A DNA stretch of 63,276 nucleotides, the filler included, from Licmophora abbreviata (Eukaryota): NCBI GenBank assembly GCA_900291995.1. It is 11 parts of 11 records of this genome, joined end to end, with 100 filler letters (N's around TTAATTAATTAA, not from the genome) between each part and the next. Parts side by side here need not be neighbours in the genome. Positions count along the whole stretch, not along the records: positions 1 to 9,610 come from OLMU01001530.1; positions 9,711 to 17,679 come from OLMU01001532.1; 9 more parts are not named here. The stretch is one strand, 5' to 3'. The position numbers and the translations under genes were made by a program. Position 1 is the first letter of the stretch. Each line of letters starts with the position of its first letter. The notes beneath the pieces are model-generated. The model saw only the letters and a list, made by a program, of their open reading frames with translations. It was not told the origin of the DNA and searched no databases. This document shows, piece by piece, positions 1-10,134 of this stretch.

Positions 1-673
1 GTGGCTAGTCGCTCCACCACGGCCGACTCAGATTGGACCAGATGGAACACCTTCTGCCAGGCTTTGGCCCTCGACCCACTACTCAGCAACGTTCAAGACC
101 TGGTCACCATCCTCCAAATCTTTGCGCACCGCTATCGAACAGGGAAGGACGCGGCCCGTGGCAACCATGTCCGAGCTCAAACCGACGAAGATGTCATAGG
201 GCATGTTGGCCAAACGTTTGCTAGTATGGGGACCTCAGACTCGCGCATCATCACCAGCGGCAAAGTCGACTTCCGATTTCAGCGCCAATTCAGATCCTAT
301 GCAAAAGCTCGACCCCCCCCCCCCCCCAGACCGAGTGAAGCCAATTCCCTTGACCGGCATCATGCACATTTTCAATGTAGCATTTGCCACCGCAGAAACC
401 AGCATCAGCAACCAAGCCACAGCAGACATGATCGGCCTCGCATTCTTCTTCTTACTCCGTCCGGGCGAGTACACAGCAACTCCTTCCGACTCCACCCCTT
501 ATTCCACCCCTTTCCGTATGGCGGACATGCAGCTTTTCATTGGACAGACAAGGCTCAACCTCGACCAATGGACTGATGCACAAGCCAAGCCTGTCATGCG
601 ACACTTTTCCCGCGGCATGATTACCCATGGCAGCTTCGTCCTGCATCCGAACGCCAACGTTCCCATGAATTAA
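1..673 (+). mobile_element. Degenerate tyrosine recombinase of a DIRS-type (YR) retrotransposon; frameshifted and internally deleted
   Basis: Frame 1 encodes an integrase N-terminal-like region (WTRWNTFC...DPLL...FAHRYRTG). It shifts frame at a poly-C tract (~314-327) into PDRVKPIP...AFFFLLRPGEY, the first catalytic Arg motif. It then goes straight to a C-terminal-like tail (AKPVMRHFSRGMITHG) with no HSLR/GRW/Tyr motifs. Confidence 0.7.
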
Positions 674-1033
674 ATCCCGCCCCTCGCTAGTATGCTCCCA
701 CCCAAGCCAACGCTGGGCAGCGATATGGCGAGGGTAGCAACTACTACACCAGCGGAGTTTAGGTGTGGTGCACCCGAGACAAGTATTAGCTCCGGCTACC
801 ACCAGACCTACAACTCATGTATGGCCCAGCACCTAACCTTAGAGAGATCGACGAAGGAACCCGGACCAGTCAAAGCGATGAACATCGGGCGCCGCGTGCA
901 ACACAGACCGCCGCAAAATCTCATAATCATTACTTTTAATTGAAACACACAGCCAGGCATTGCTTTGGCCAACAACGAGCCGACAAGGCTACAGCAGCGC
1001 TGTTTAGATTCCTTCCATCGTTAGATCCTTTAC

Positions 1034-4000
1034 TTGCTTCATTCCATCTCTGCCGGTGTACACAGAACGACGATGCTTCTTCGAGGATCGACGCAACGAG
1101 CCTTGGCTGAAAAGCCTTCGAACGAGAGGAAAGCTCAAAAGTCCGATGAGCATGACTCTACTGCCAAAGCAAAGACCACCTCCAAGACTGAAAAGGAAAC
1201 TGCCAAGGCCGAAAAAGAGGCCGTCGGTGAGACAGAAGCCATCGATCGTCAGAAGCTCGTTGGAGGAGAATCTTCAAAGGTCGATGTAGGACTGGAAGCA
1301 GACAAAAAGTCGAAGCCAAAAGACAAGAAGTCGGACAAGAGCAAGGACGACGAGAAACCGCCTTCTACCAAAAAGAAAAAGTCGTCGACTGAAAAGAAGA
1401 GCAAGGACGATAAGAAAGAATCTTCCACTACGAAGAAAGATGACGGGTCGACAAAGAAGAAGGATGAAGGCTCGAAAACAAAGGACGAGAAAGATGAGGA
1501 CAAGGGCAAGAAAGAAGAAGAGAAGAAAGACAAGGACAAGAAAGATAAGGAGAAAGTGGCAACCAACGTGGAAGCTAAGGCTGTGGAGCAGCTGGAAGGA
1601 TCTGTCAAGACGGACGAGAGCACGAAGCCTCCCACAAAGACCAAGGATAACACAGCATCCTCCCTTGGTGAGTCGGTAGCCGGCGATGCCACCAAGGTGT
1701 TAGGCGGTGCCGATGGTTTGAAACAGACTAGCACCACCCCGAAAGTCACCCTCAACCAGACTCTTCAGGTAAACGACTCTACGACCGGCAATACCACCAA
1801 GTCGCTAGGTGGTAATGAGGGTTTGAACAAGACGAGCACCACCTCGAAAGCCAGCCTCAACCAGACTCTCACTGTTCAGGACGCTGAGACAGAGAAAGTG
1901 AAAGCAAAAGATATTTCCACAAAGTCGCCTGTCTCAATACTACAAAACACGACTGCTCACAATTCCACAAATGCTACCTCTTTCCCTGGTGCCAATTCGT
2001 CATCGAAAAAGGAGGACGCAGCAAGTGTCAAGCCTGTTGCGGATGGCAGTAAGACAATCGTCGCTAACATGACGGAGTGGAAAGTCCCCCTCAATACGAC
2101 AGCAGCAAATGCCACAAACACCACTGCAGTTCCGAATGAAAAATCGAACCTGAACGAGGGGGAAGGTCCTACTAAAGCGCTGACACCGGATGTCGTAAAG
2201 AGCAGTGGCACCAGTAAGACAGACTCAGTACCCGTCTCTAAGACAGCGGTCAATACAACGGTGACGATGAAAGAATCTGCGGAGTCTGCGCCTACGATCT
2301 CGGGCGAAAATGGAGGAGCGAAGGCTACTCTTGGCACCAATGAGGATGGCGATTCAGTCGAGGTTGATGGCACCGAAGAGGACGGTGACGAGACAGCGCC
2401 TGGCTCCCAAGACAAAGAGACGTCCATAGGATCTGATGGAACAGATGGAGAGGGCTCGAAGAGTGCCGATGCCACTGGTAAGGATGCCGACGATACAACA
2501 ACTGGATCCGGTCCACAGCCGATTCCCAATGGCTCTGATGGTACGGAAGATGACGGCTCGAAGGAAGCTGGCAGTACCGACAAGACAACTCCTGTCTCTG
2601 ATAGTCAAGAAACTGCTGAAACACCCGTCGGCTCGGAAGATGGCGTCTCAAAGGATGTTGATGGGACGGAGGAGGATGGCAGCGAAGTCGATGGTGACGA
2701 GACAGGCTCAAAGGAGGCAGATAGCACCGAAGAGGATGGAGACGAGACTAAAACTGGTTTCGGTGTTGAGGAGCCATCCGATGCGTCCGACACTTCAGAC
2801 GATGGTGACGAGAAAGATGTTGATGGCACCGCGGAGTATGGCGACGAGACTACGCCTTCCTCCGGTGATGGCACTGGAGATGGCAGCTCGAAAGATACGG
2901 ACGCAGTGGGCGAGGGTGGTGATGAGACAACGCCTGGTTCCGGTGATGTAGAAACTCCTGAGGTGCTTGATGGCATGGAAGACGGCAGCTCGGAGGATAC
3001 GGACAAGCATGGCGGTGAGACGGGGCCGGGCTCTGGTGACCCAACAACTGCTGGGGTAGTCGATGGAACGGAAGACGGTGGCTCGGAAGATATGGATGCA
3101 ACGGCCAAGGATAGAGATAAGACTACACTGGGTCCCAGTGATGAAGAGACTCCTGAGGTAGCTGACGGCACGGAAGATGGCAGCTCAGAAGATACGGATG
3201 CAACGGACAAGGATGGCGATGCGACGGGATCGGGCTCTGGTGACGAGAAAATTCCCAAGCTTGCTGACGGCACGGAAGATGGCAGCTCAGAAGATACGGA
3301 TGCAACGGACAAAGATGGCGATGCGACGGGATCGGGCTCTGGCGACGAGGAAACTCTCGAGGTAGCTGACGGCACGGAAGACAGCAGCTCAGAAGATACG
3401 GATGCAACGGACAAGGATGGCGATGCGACGGGATCGGGCTCTGGTGACGAGGAAACTCTCGAGGTAGCTGATGGCACGGAAGACGGCAGCTCGGAAGATA
3501 TGGATACAACGGACAAGGATGGCGATGAGATGGGATCGGGCTCTGGTGACCCAACAACTGCTGAGGAACTCGATGAAACGGAAGACGGCACCTCAAAGGA
3601 TAACCATGCAACGGACAAGACGGGCGATGAAATAGCGTTGGGATCTGGTGACTCGAAGACTCCTGAGGCAGTCGAGGGCGCGGAAGACGGAAGCTCGGAG
3701 GATACCGACGCAAAGGGCGAAACTGGCGATGACACGCCGGGCTTTGGTGACCCAGCGACGACTGAGGTAGTAGATGGTACGGGAGGCGACAGCTCAGAAG
3801 AGGCTGATGGCATGGAAGAGGTCGGAGGCGAATCGTCTCCCGGTTTCGGTGATAACACGCCGGTTGATGAATCCGACGGAACAGCTGCAGGCGGTGAGGA
3901 GGGCATCGATAGTAACGAAGAGGATGGCGACAAGACGATGCCGACTTGGGGTGACCCGCAGTCCGGCGATGAAGCTGATGCCCTGGGCAGCTTGACAGTT

Positions 4001-4438
4001 GCCGATGGAACCGAAGAAGATGGCGATGAGACGACACCGGCCAAAGATGACTTTGGAGAAGATACTATTGATGCAATGACTGTCACGTCCGGCCAGTCAG
4101 TGCTCGACTCTGAAAATGAAATTGGGGACACATATGCATCGACTGTCGACATCAATGACTACGGTGTCGGTTCGATCACTTCCTCTCCTACCCAGAGCCC
4201 TTGGACCCAATCAAACCAACTGGGTATTCCAATAGTGTACGCTGACGATGACAGTGGTGGTGGGGCTGTGTTTGCAGTCTTTGGTGCTTTTGTTGTCATC
4301 GCAATTGCTGCCATTTACTATATCAAGGCGCGTCGTCAGAGCTCTAGCGGCGCTGGATACCGCGCGATCCCGACGAGCACTGTCTACAACAGATCCAGCG
4401 GGGGAAGCAATACGTTCCATTTCAACAAGAAAAATTAG
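1034..4438 (+). CDS. Large low-complexity single-pass membrane protein (Lys-rich N-region, Ser/Thr region, Asp/Glu/Gly/Thr repeats, C-terminal TM)
   Basis: 1134-aa ORF. First in-frame ATG is at 1073; a possible splice acceptor (ttag) ends at 1024. TM segment AVFAVFGAFVVIAIAAIYYI is followed by KARR. Many NxS/T sequons. Confidence 0.8.
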   Translation: MLHSISAGVHRTTMLLRGSTQRALAEKPSNERKAQKSDEHDSTAKAKTTSKTEKETAKAEKEAVGETEAIDRQKLVGGESSKVDVGLEADKKSKPKDKKSDKSKDDEKPPSTKKKKSSTEKKSKDDKKESSTTKKDDGSTKKKDEGSKTKDEKDEDKGKKEEEKKDKDKKDKEKVATNVEAKAVEQLEGSVKTDESTKPPTKTKDNTASSLGESVAGDATKVLGGADGLKQTSTTPKVTLNQTLQVNDSTTGNTTKSLGGNEGLNKTSTTSKASLNQTLTVQDAETEKVKAKDISTKSPVSILQNTTAHNSTNATSFPGANSSSKKEDAASVKPVADGSKTIVANMTEWKVPLNTTAANATNTTAVPNEKSNLNEGEGPTKALTPDVVKSSGTSKTDSVPVSKTAVNTTVTMKESAESAPTISGENGGAKATLGTNEDGDSVEVDGTEEDGDETAPGSQDKETSIGSDGTDGEGSKSADATGKDADDTTTGSGPQPIPNGSDGTEDDGSKEAGSTDKTTPVSDSQETAETPVGSEDGVSKDVDGTEEDGSEVDGDETGSKEADSTEEDGDETKTGFGVEEPSDASDTSDDGDEKDVDGTAEYGDETTPSSGDGTGDGSSKDTDAVGEGGDETTPGSGDVETPEVLDGMEDGSSEDTDKHGGETGPGSGDPTTAGVVDGTEDGGSEDMDATAKDRDKTTLGPSDEETPEVADGTEDGSSEDTDATDKDGDATGSGSGDEKIPKLADGTEDGSSEDTDATDKDGDATGSGSGDEETLEVADGTEDSSSEDTDATDKDGDATGSGSGDEETLEVADGTEDGSSEDMDTTDKDGDEMGSGSGDPTTAEELDETEDGTSKDNHATDKTGDEIALGSGDSKTPEAVEGAEDGSSEDTDAKGETGDDTPGFGDPATTEVVDGTGGDSSEEADGMEEVGGESSPGFGDNTPVDESDGTAAGGEEGIDSNEEDGDKTMPTWGDPQSGDEADALGSLTVADGTEEDGDETTPAKDDFGEDTIDAMTVTSGQSVLDSENEIGDTYASTVDINDYGVGSITSSPTQSPWTQSNQLGIPIVYADDDSGGGAVFAVFGAFVVIAIAAIYYIKARRQSSSGAGYRAIPTSTVYNRSSGGSNTFHFNKKN
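3161..3570 (+). repeat. Coding tandem repeat with a 102-nt (34-aa) unit; 4 near-identical copies with degenerate copies on both sides (~2850-3900)
   Basis: Unit starts (gctga[c/t]ggcacggaaga) at 3161, 3263, 3365 and 3467. Peptide unit is ADGTEDGSSEDTDATDKDGDATGSGSGDEETLEV. Confidence 0.95.
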
Positions 4439-4485
4439 AGGACTACTTAATCAGCATTTTCTGTCCACAGACTAGACCGAGTCTG

Positions 4486-5692
4486 CTAGCTAGGCGTAGA
4501 TTGAAGAGAAGGGTCATCACACCGTCTCGCAATGTCGGCGGCGACCTCGAGACTCACTCGTTTTTGCGGTTTACCGTTGAGCACTCGCCACGCCTTCTTT
4601 CGGTTCGCACTCCAGCGGATGCCTTCCCCTTCTCGCACGTCACTCACGTATCGATGTACATCAATCTGACCTGATGTCCACTGGTACTTTCCTCTGTCGA
4701 TTGTAGAGCAATACCATTTGTGAGTGCTACTGTGGTTTGAATTTTCGGCGATAGAAACGCAGACAGAATCCATGCTAAACTTACTTTCCATGCCTCTTGC
4801 CGTTCCGGAAGAATCCCTCGTAACTTTGTCCATTGTGGTAGTAGTATCGTCCCCATCCGTGCATCTCACCATTCTCCCACGAGCCAGAGTACAAGTCTCC
4901 ATTTGCAAAGTAGCACTTGCCCATACCTTTACGACGTCCCATCACATACTGCCCTGTGTACATATCACCGTTTGGGAAGCGGCGCGTCCCTGATCCGTGC
5001 ATTTCGTTGAGATGCCATATTCCAACATACTCACCTTGGTCTCGTCCATACTGCAGCGTCCCTTGGCCTTGGCGAAGACCGTTTTCAAAGCTGCCGTGGT
5101 ACACATCTCCGTTGGGCCACGTCAATATACCATCAAAGCCATGACGCTGACCGTATATATTGTACTCGCCATGATATGTGGCACCATCGTTGGAAGCGAT
5201 GGCAAGAGTCTCAGCATCAAGCGTGGCAGTAGCCATTGGCAACTCTACGTCATTTTCGGTGTTTTCGTTCTCCTCTTCGGTCATGTTGGCCATCGTCATG
5301 GCAAAAGCCAGATCCGAAGGGTCTGTGGAATGCAATTGCTCTTGCTCTTGCTCTTGCTCTTGTGCTGGATGACGATAACATCGCACACATTGTCCTCGAA
5401 CGACTCGTCCCTGTACAGTCAAGGGTTTTCGGACATTCTTGGCTGGGCCAATCAGCAGCTTGCGCTTGGTCTTGATATCGAAGAGTTGAGTGCCACAAAG
5501 CGGACACAGTCCTTCTTGAACTCTCGCTTCCTTGAGAGAGACTGTTTGAGAGCTGACCGCAGCCGAAGAACGGGTCATACCAGAGGTAGAGGCACCATCG
5601 GGGATAGCAACAATAGTAGCAACTGTTTGGTTCATGGCAGCGTTGTACGAGAATGATGAATAACGAGAAAGTGCCGAAGGCTGTTGAAACAT
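4486..5692 (-). CDS. MORN-repeat protein with an N-terminal CxxC...CxxC motif; intron 4694-4784
   Basis: Repeated YxGxWxxGxxHGxG units. A GT-AG intron joins ...KRHGK to GKYQW... in frame. Confidence 0.9.
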
Positions 5693-6225
5693 ATGATATC
5701 CCTCTAAAAGATTCGGTTGAGCGCCAGTTCAATAAAGACCAAGATTGAAAGGTCATTTGGATGCAACTTCTTGCACCCGGAAAGGGAGTGCAAAGTCTTA
5801 TTGGACGCGGGCCTTTCTCTCCTCTGGTGCATCGAGTGCACTTCCTTCGAAATTATGATCTCCTCGCGCATTAGGCCCTAGAAAGGAAGTCCATAAGTGT
5901 ATTACTTATGGAACGTGACTCTTTTTTGTCCTGATAGATGACCAACTTCTTTCTTTTTTGAGAGTGTGAATGTGATGGAGAAAAAGTGAGATTTCAGATT
6001 GGTGAGACGACCACGTCAACACGTTTTCTCATTCGTCTTTCGTCGAGCCGTATCAAAGTCGAAACGATGCTGTGCTGTTTGGTTGAAGTCGGCGCAGCGC
6101 TGCTTTGTCATCACATACGAGTACTGTACTGCTAGGTGTCACTCTAGAGGACTGACGACGAGTCATTGGCGGTGCCTTGTTTACTCTTTCTCCCCGCTCT
6201 CTACTGGAAGACCTTCCGCAATACT

Positions 6226-6957
6226 ATGAATCGCCCGCTTTCTCGACTTGCCGCCGCTGCTGCTGCTACGACGGCCGGTCTCCACCGTGCTACTCGAGGC
6301 GCACTCCATCTGCGAGCAATCTCTCGTTGTTCGCCTCCTGCAGTCTCGTCCTGTATACGCCCCTACTTTACCAATACAGACCTCATCAAGCGCGATGATC
6401 CCTACGCCCAGCTGGGATTGACCTGGGGCGCGACAGTAACGGAAATCAAGGAGGCCTACAGAACCAAAGCGCGTGAGCTGCATCCTGATGTCAGTCGGGA
6501 AGAGCCAGAGGTGGCATTGAGAAAGTTTCAACACGTGCAAAAGGCTTACAATGCTCTGATGGATGTGAAAGGAGCACCGCATCGCGATGACCTGAACGAG
6601 GAATGGTCGTTTTCTGTTTGGAGAAACTCAGACATACTAGCTCAGGAACGAACCGACGTTGCCGGACTCATGAAAAAGAGGCCCGCCAAACCGGCTGTGT
6701 CGCACTCGAATCCCAGTTGGGGCGTGGCGGCACTGGGTCATCCCAGTGGTAGAGGTGTTACTAGGAAACGCGGGGAATACTTGGACGATGGGGGTGCCAC
6801 CAAACGCTCCTCGACGGTCGGAACCGGACAGAATAAGTGGGTGACGCCGAAGCCATTGCAGCCATGGAACACTGACAGTGTGGCTGGAAAGAGGGCGCAG
6901 GGTCAGACGAGACGACAGGCTGCTATGAAAGCAGCCTCAAAGAAGGACAGGGAATGA
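6226..6957 (+). CDS. DnaJ-domain protein, probably mitochondrial
   Basis: DPYAQLGL...EIKEAYR...LHPD...F..VQKAY J-domain. The Arg/Ala/Ser-rich N-terminus resembles a transit peptide. Confidence 0.88.
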   Translation: MNRPLSRLAAAAAATTAGLHRATRGALHLRAISRCSPPAVSSCIRPYFTNTDLIKRDDPYAQLGLTWGATVTEIKEAYRTKARELHPDVSREEPEVALRKFQHVQKAYNALMDVKGAPHRDDLNEEWSFSVWRNSDILAQERTDVAGLMKKRPAKPAVSHSNPSWGVAALGHPSGRGVTRKRGEYLDDGGATKRSSTVGTGQNKWVTPKPLQPWNTDSVAGKRAQGQTRRQAAMKAASKKDRE

Positions 6958-7021
6958 CCGAAGCCTCTCGATAGACGAAATTTTGACGTTCTTCCAATGT
7001 CGGTCTTATCAGTATTAGAAA

Positions 7022-9610
7022 CTATGGCTTCGGGGCGACTAAGCAGGTCCTTCCTGTTGCCTGGTGATAGATGCGGAACCGTGCCCATGCACTTTCGTTC
7101 ACAAAGTACTTGTCGGTGCTGTTCCGCTGAGGAATCGCGTTTCGTTCCCAATCGCAGAAATCATACCGGGTGTGACCGTAGAGGCTTTTCTTTTTCAAAT
7201 CTTCCAGATCTTCCATGCCTGTGAGCGCAAAGTGGTGTCGACCCCAGTTGCGATCCCTGTCATGCTGTGGGATATGTTTACCTACGTTCAGCTTGCGTGG
7301 AGCAACGTTCGGCCATGGACTCCATTGAAACTTCATTACGAAGCCTCCTCGAAGGGGCTGCGCGATATCGGGCCCATTCATTTTGTGTCTGCCAACAGAG
7401 TAGGTGTGAGTCGATCCAGTATTGATATGAAGCCAGCGATTGTATTGTGACATAGAAGGAGTTCCTCCCATGTACTCTGAGCGTTGTTCAACCAACGACT
7501 TCCACCTTTGGAGAGGTATGGTGTCGTTTCCGATAATCATCAAAGACTGAGCTACTCGAATTCTGCTTTTCTCCTGGTTTGACTCTATCTCTTCTGAAAG
7601 CGTCTCCCGGAATCTAGGATGCACGAGAAACTCAGTTGATGTCAAGGCCAGGGCCCAGTCTTCGGGGTGCTCCTTGTTTTCTATCTCCATCATTTGCTCG
7701 TCGCATGCTTTTGCCTTCAATTCACCACCCGTGTTTGCGGGGACCACCTTCCATGTATCTGGTGCCGTCCGTTCGATGATTTCCAAGGACCGATCCGTGC
7801 TCTGGAAGTCGATTAGAACGACATTGTCGAACATTGGTGCGTGGTGACGGATCCAGTACGGAAGAAGCAGCTCTTCATTGTTGAATTGGGTCTGCAACAA
7901 GAACTGACGACGCCCGGCTTTGCGGAGAGGATTTGGAATGGCGGTAGGGAAGTAGTGCATATCGACTACCTGTTCAGTCCCGTTCACTTGAACGCCTTCA
8001 TGCTTGGTGTTCACAACAGATCCCTTGTCATCCACGAGAAGTCTCACTACCCTCGCTTCTGGAAAGGGCAGGACCACAAGAATCTCCTTTCGCACACCCA
8101 TGAGCTCTCGACGAAGCCTACTGGCGATTTCAGGCCAGAAGTTCCACGCCAGCACGATGATCGCCAAAGGTTTGCTGGGACCGACCGACTTGAGCTTATC
8201 GGCGGACCATACCGGAATAGATGTTCCCGGACAAAATCTGCTTTGTTTCAACGGTGCATCGTCAACCACGAAGTCAATCTGAAAATCTCGATCGCTCTCG
8301 GCAAGCATATAGTGTAAGAGAACCATGCCCTTTGCCGCCGCACCGTAGCCGCCGATTGTGTAACCTTGATTGGTTAGCATTCCCATCTGCGATGATATCC
8401 ATGTCCGAATGAACCTCGCCCTTGCATTATATTTCAAATAGAAGAAATCAGTAGTGAGTCCATCCCGTACTTCTTCGTCTAGTCGCCGCTGAACGTTGAC
8501 GCTGACGGCTGTCGCGTTGTTTAGTGCTGATTGGAGACGAAGGGTCACCAGGCACGAAGTCCCATGAATTGGCGTTAGCTCGAAATTGGTGATGTACAAT
8601 CCAGATAGCTCGGCCGCTTTTTGAAATGAATGCGCCGTAAAGAAGGAAATGTGTTCGTGGTATGCTGTATCAAACTGCCCGAGCTGGTGCATTTGACACT
8701 GTGATGTCTGGATGTATAATCTCGTTTGCTCTCCCATTGCGTCCGCACACTTCTGGAGGAACTCTACGGGTGCCGGTACGTGTGCAAGCACGTTCTGAGC
8801 AACAATTGCATTCAGCTTGTTCGGTGGTGGTAGCTCTGGGAAGTCCAGATCTGTCCCCCAGAAGCCCACCTTGACTAGGTGACCCTGTTCAACAGCCTTT
8901 GGTACCAAGTTGGCCGCTGGATCGACCCCATACGTTTCCCATCCAAGGGACCGAAACTCATTCAATTGACTACCATCATTACACGCAAGCTCCAGAACTG
9001 ATCCAGGTTCTCCTTCCGTGGCGGACTCGGCCACGACTTTCTCTGCCAACCATTTGAAATAGTTCTGGAGAGTAACGCTCGTCGCCGATCGATAGAGGTA
9101 GTCAGAAAAAAGCTCTCCGCGATCTGCGACTTGTGACAGATACATGTGATTACACTCGCTGCACCTCACAAGCTTCAAGGGGAAGCGAGGACTGCTGAGC
9201 GCTTGCTCTTCAGTCTCGCGAAAGTCGTTGGCGAGAGGCTGATGGTCCATGTCAAGAACTTCATGGACATGATGGGAGCCGCATACTGGACATGCGACAG
9301 ATTCCTTGGGACCAGTGCCAATCTGAAGCGGTGGTGGAGCGTGCGCCCCCTTTCCGGTTATAGAGTCTGGAATGTTGGCCTCCATTTCATCCAATGTGCC
9401 TTTGAGCGTTCCGTGAAAAGTGAAGTTGAATGTCCGCTTAAAGTGTGAAGCGTCCAGTGTAAAGCCCACCTGGTCGGCGTCGCTGATATCGACAGCATCA
9501 ATCCGAGCGCCAGTGTGCATGGCGATGGATGTGACAATCTTTTCGATGCTGGCTGAAAATGAAGCAAGGTTGAAGATACGAAAGCTTCCAGACGATGGCG
9601 ACTTTCGATA
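7022..9610 (-). CDS. Multidomain protein: NAD-dependent epimerase/dehydratase C-terminus + NDP-hexose C-methyltransferase (Zn-binding, SAM) + GT2-like glycosyltransferase; 5'-truncated by a gap
   Basis: The frame stays open up to the gap at 9610 (…IFNLASFSASIEKIVTSIA…). C-MT motifs: CPVCG, PLANDF, FPLKLVRCSECNH, VLELACNDGSQL, GVDPA, NVLAHV, FDTAYHEH, GYGAAAKG. GT-like motif: FNNEELLLPYWIRHH..FDNVVLIDFQSTDRS. Confidence 0.88.
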   Translation of the reverse strand, partial: YRKSPSSGSFRIFNLASFSASIEKIVTSIAMHTGARIDAVDISDADQVGFTLDASHFKRTFNFTFHGTLKGTLDEMEANIPDSITGKGAHAPPPLQIGTGPKESVACPVCGSHHVHEVLDMDHQPLANDFRETEEQALSSPRFPLKLVRCSECNHMYLSQVADRGELFSDYLYRSATSVTLQNYFKWLAEKVVAESATEGEPGSVLELACNDGSQLNEFRSLGWETYGVDPAANLVPKAVEQGHLVKVGFWGTDLDFPELPPPNKLNAIVAQNVLAHVPAPVEFLQKCADAMGEQTRLYIQTSQCQMHQLGQFDTAYHEHISFFTAHSFQKAAELSGLYITNFELTPIHGTSCLVTLRLQSALNNATAVSVNVQRRLDEEVRDGLTTDFFYLKYNARARFIRTWISSQMGMLTNQGYTIGGYGAAAKGMVLLHYMLAESDRDFQIDFVVDDAPLKQSRFCPGTSIPVWSADKLKSVGPSKPLAIIVLAWNFWPEIASRLRRELMGVRKEILVVLPFPEARVVRLLVDDKGSVVNTKHEGVQVNGTEQVVDMHYFPTAIPNPLRKAGRRQFLLQTQFNNEELLLPYWIRHHAPMFDNVVLIDFQSTDRSLEIIERTAPDTWKVVPANTGGELKAKACDEQMMEIENKEHPEDWALALTSTEFLVHPRFRETLSEEIESNQEKSRIRVAQSLMIIGNDTIPLQRWKSLVEQRSEYMGGTPSMSQYNRWLHINTGSTHTYSVGRHKMNGPDIAQPLRGGFVMKFQWSPWPNVAPRKLNVGKHIPQHDRDRNWGRHHFALTGMEDLEDLKKKSLYGHTRYDFCDWERNAIPQRNSTDKYFVNESAWARFRIYHQATGRTCLVAPKP

Positions 9611-9710
9611 NNNNNNNNNNNNNNNNNNNNNNNNNNNNNNNNNNNNNNNNNNNNTTAATTAATTAANNNNNNNNNNNNNNNNNNNNNNNNNNNNNNNNNN
9701 NNNNNNNNNN
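9611..9710. other. Artificial 100-nt contig spacer N44-TTAATTAATTAA-N44. Also at 17680-17779, 25802-25901, 29936-30035, 32745-32844, 34621-34720, 49847-49946, 54934-55033, 59288-59387 and 60944-61043
   Basis: Ten identical spacers, each carrying a six-frame stop linker. Confidence 0.99.
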
Positions 9711-10134
9711 AAAAGAGCTTCAGCACGACCCACTTGCTCGCTCATATCGGACAATGATACATTCAAGGGACTAGCTACTGCAAAGTCATTTTTCTATTAT
9801 CGAGAAGGAGCACTCTACAAGGATGAAACCTCAATACGGACTCTGTTCTGAACATTGAAGATTTTCGCTATTACTCTGTTTAAGCATTCTGCACGCTGCA
9901 TTCGTGTTTGTTGCTCATCACTCCAAGTATTTAAGTATGTCACAATATACAGGCATTGTTCTTGTAAATAAGAAGATAGGCTTATTGCAAATATGATCAT
10001 TTGGCGTTTTCGTAGCTGTCAACAATATCTTAGAATCCGATTCTGACCTAATCTGAGTAAGGCAAGCCTTACTTCTTTTTCTAGAGTGGTCCTGAGTTGC
10101 GAGAATTCTTTATTATTCTTTATTGAGAAAAATG

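Noticed and set aside
3161..3570. Repeat array as CRISPR
   Set aside because: Contiguous in-frame coding repeats without unique spacers, no cas genes, eukaryotic context.
2605..4155. 516-aa antisense Ser/Pro-rich ORF and other long shadow ORFs
   Set aside because: They mirror the low-complexity repeat gene on the + strand and have no independent motifs.
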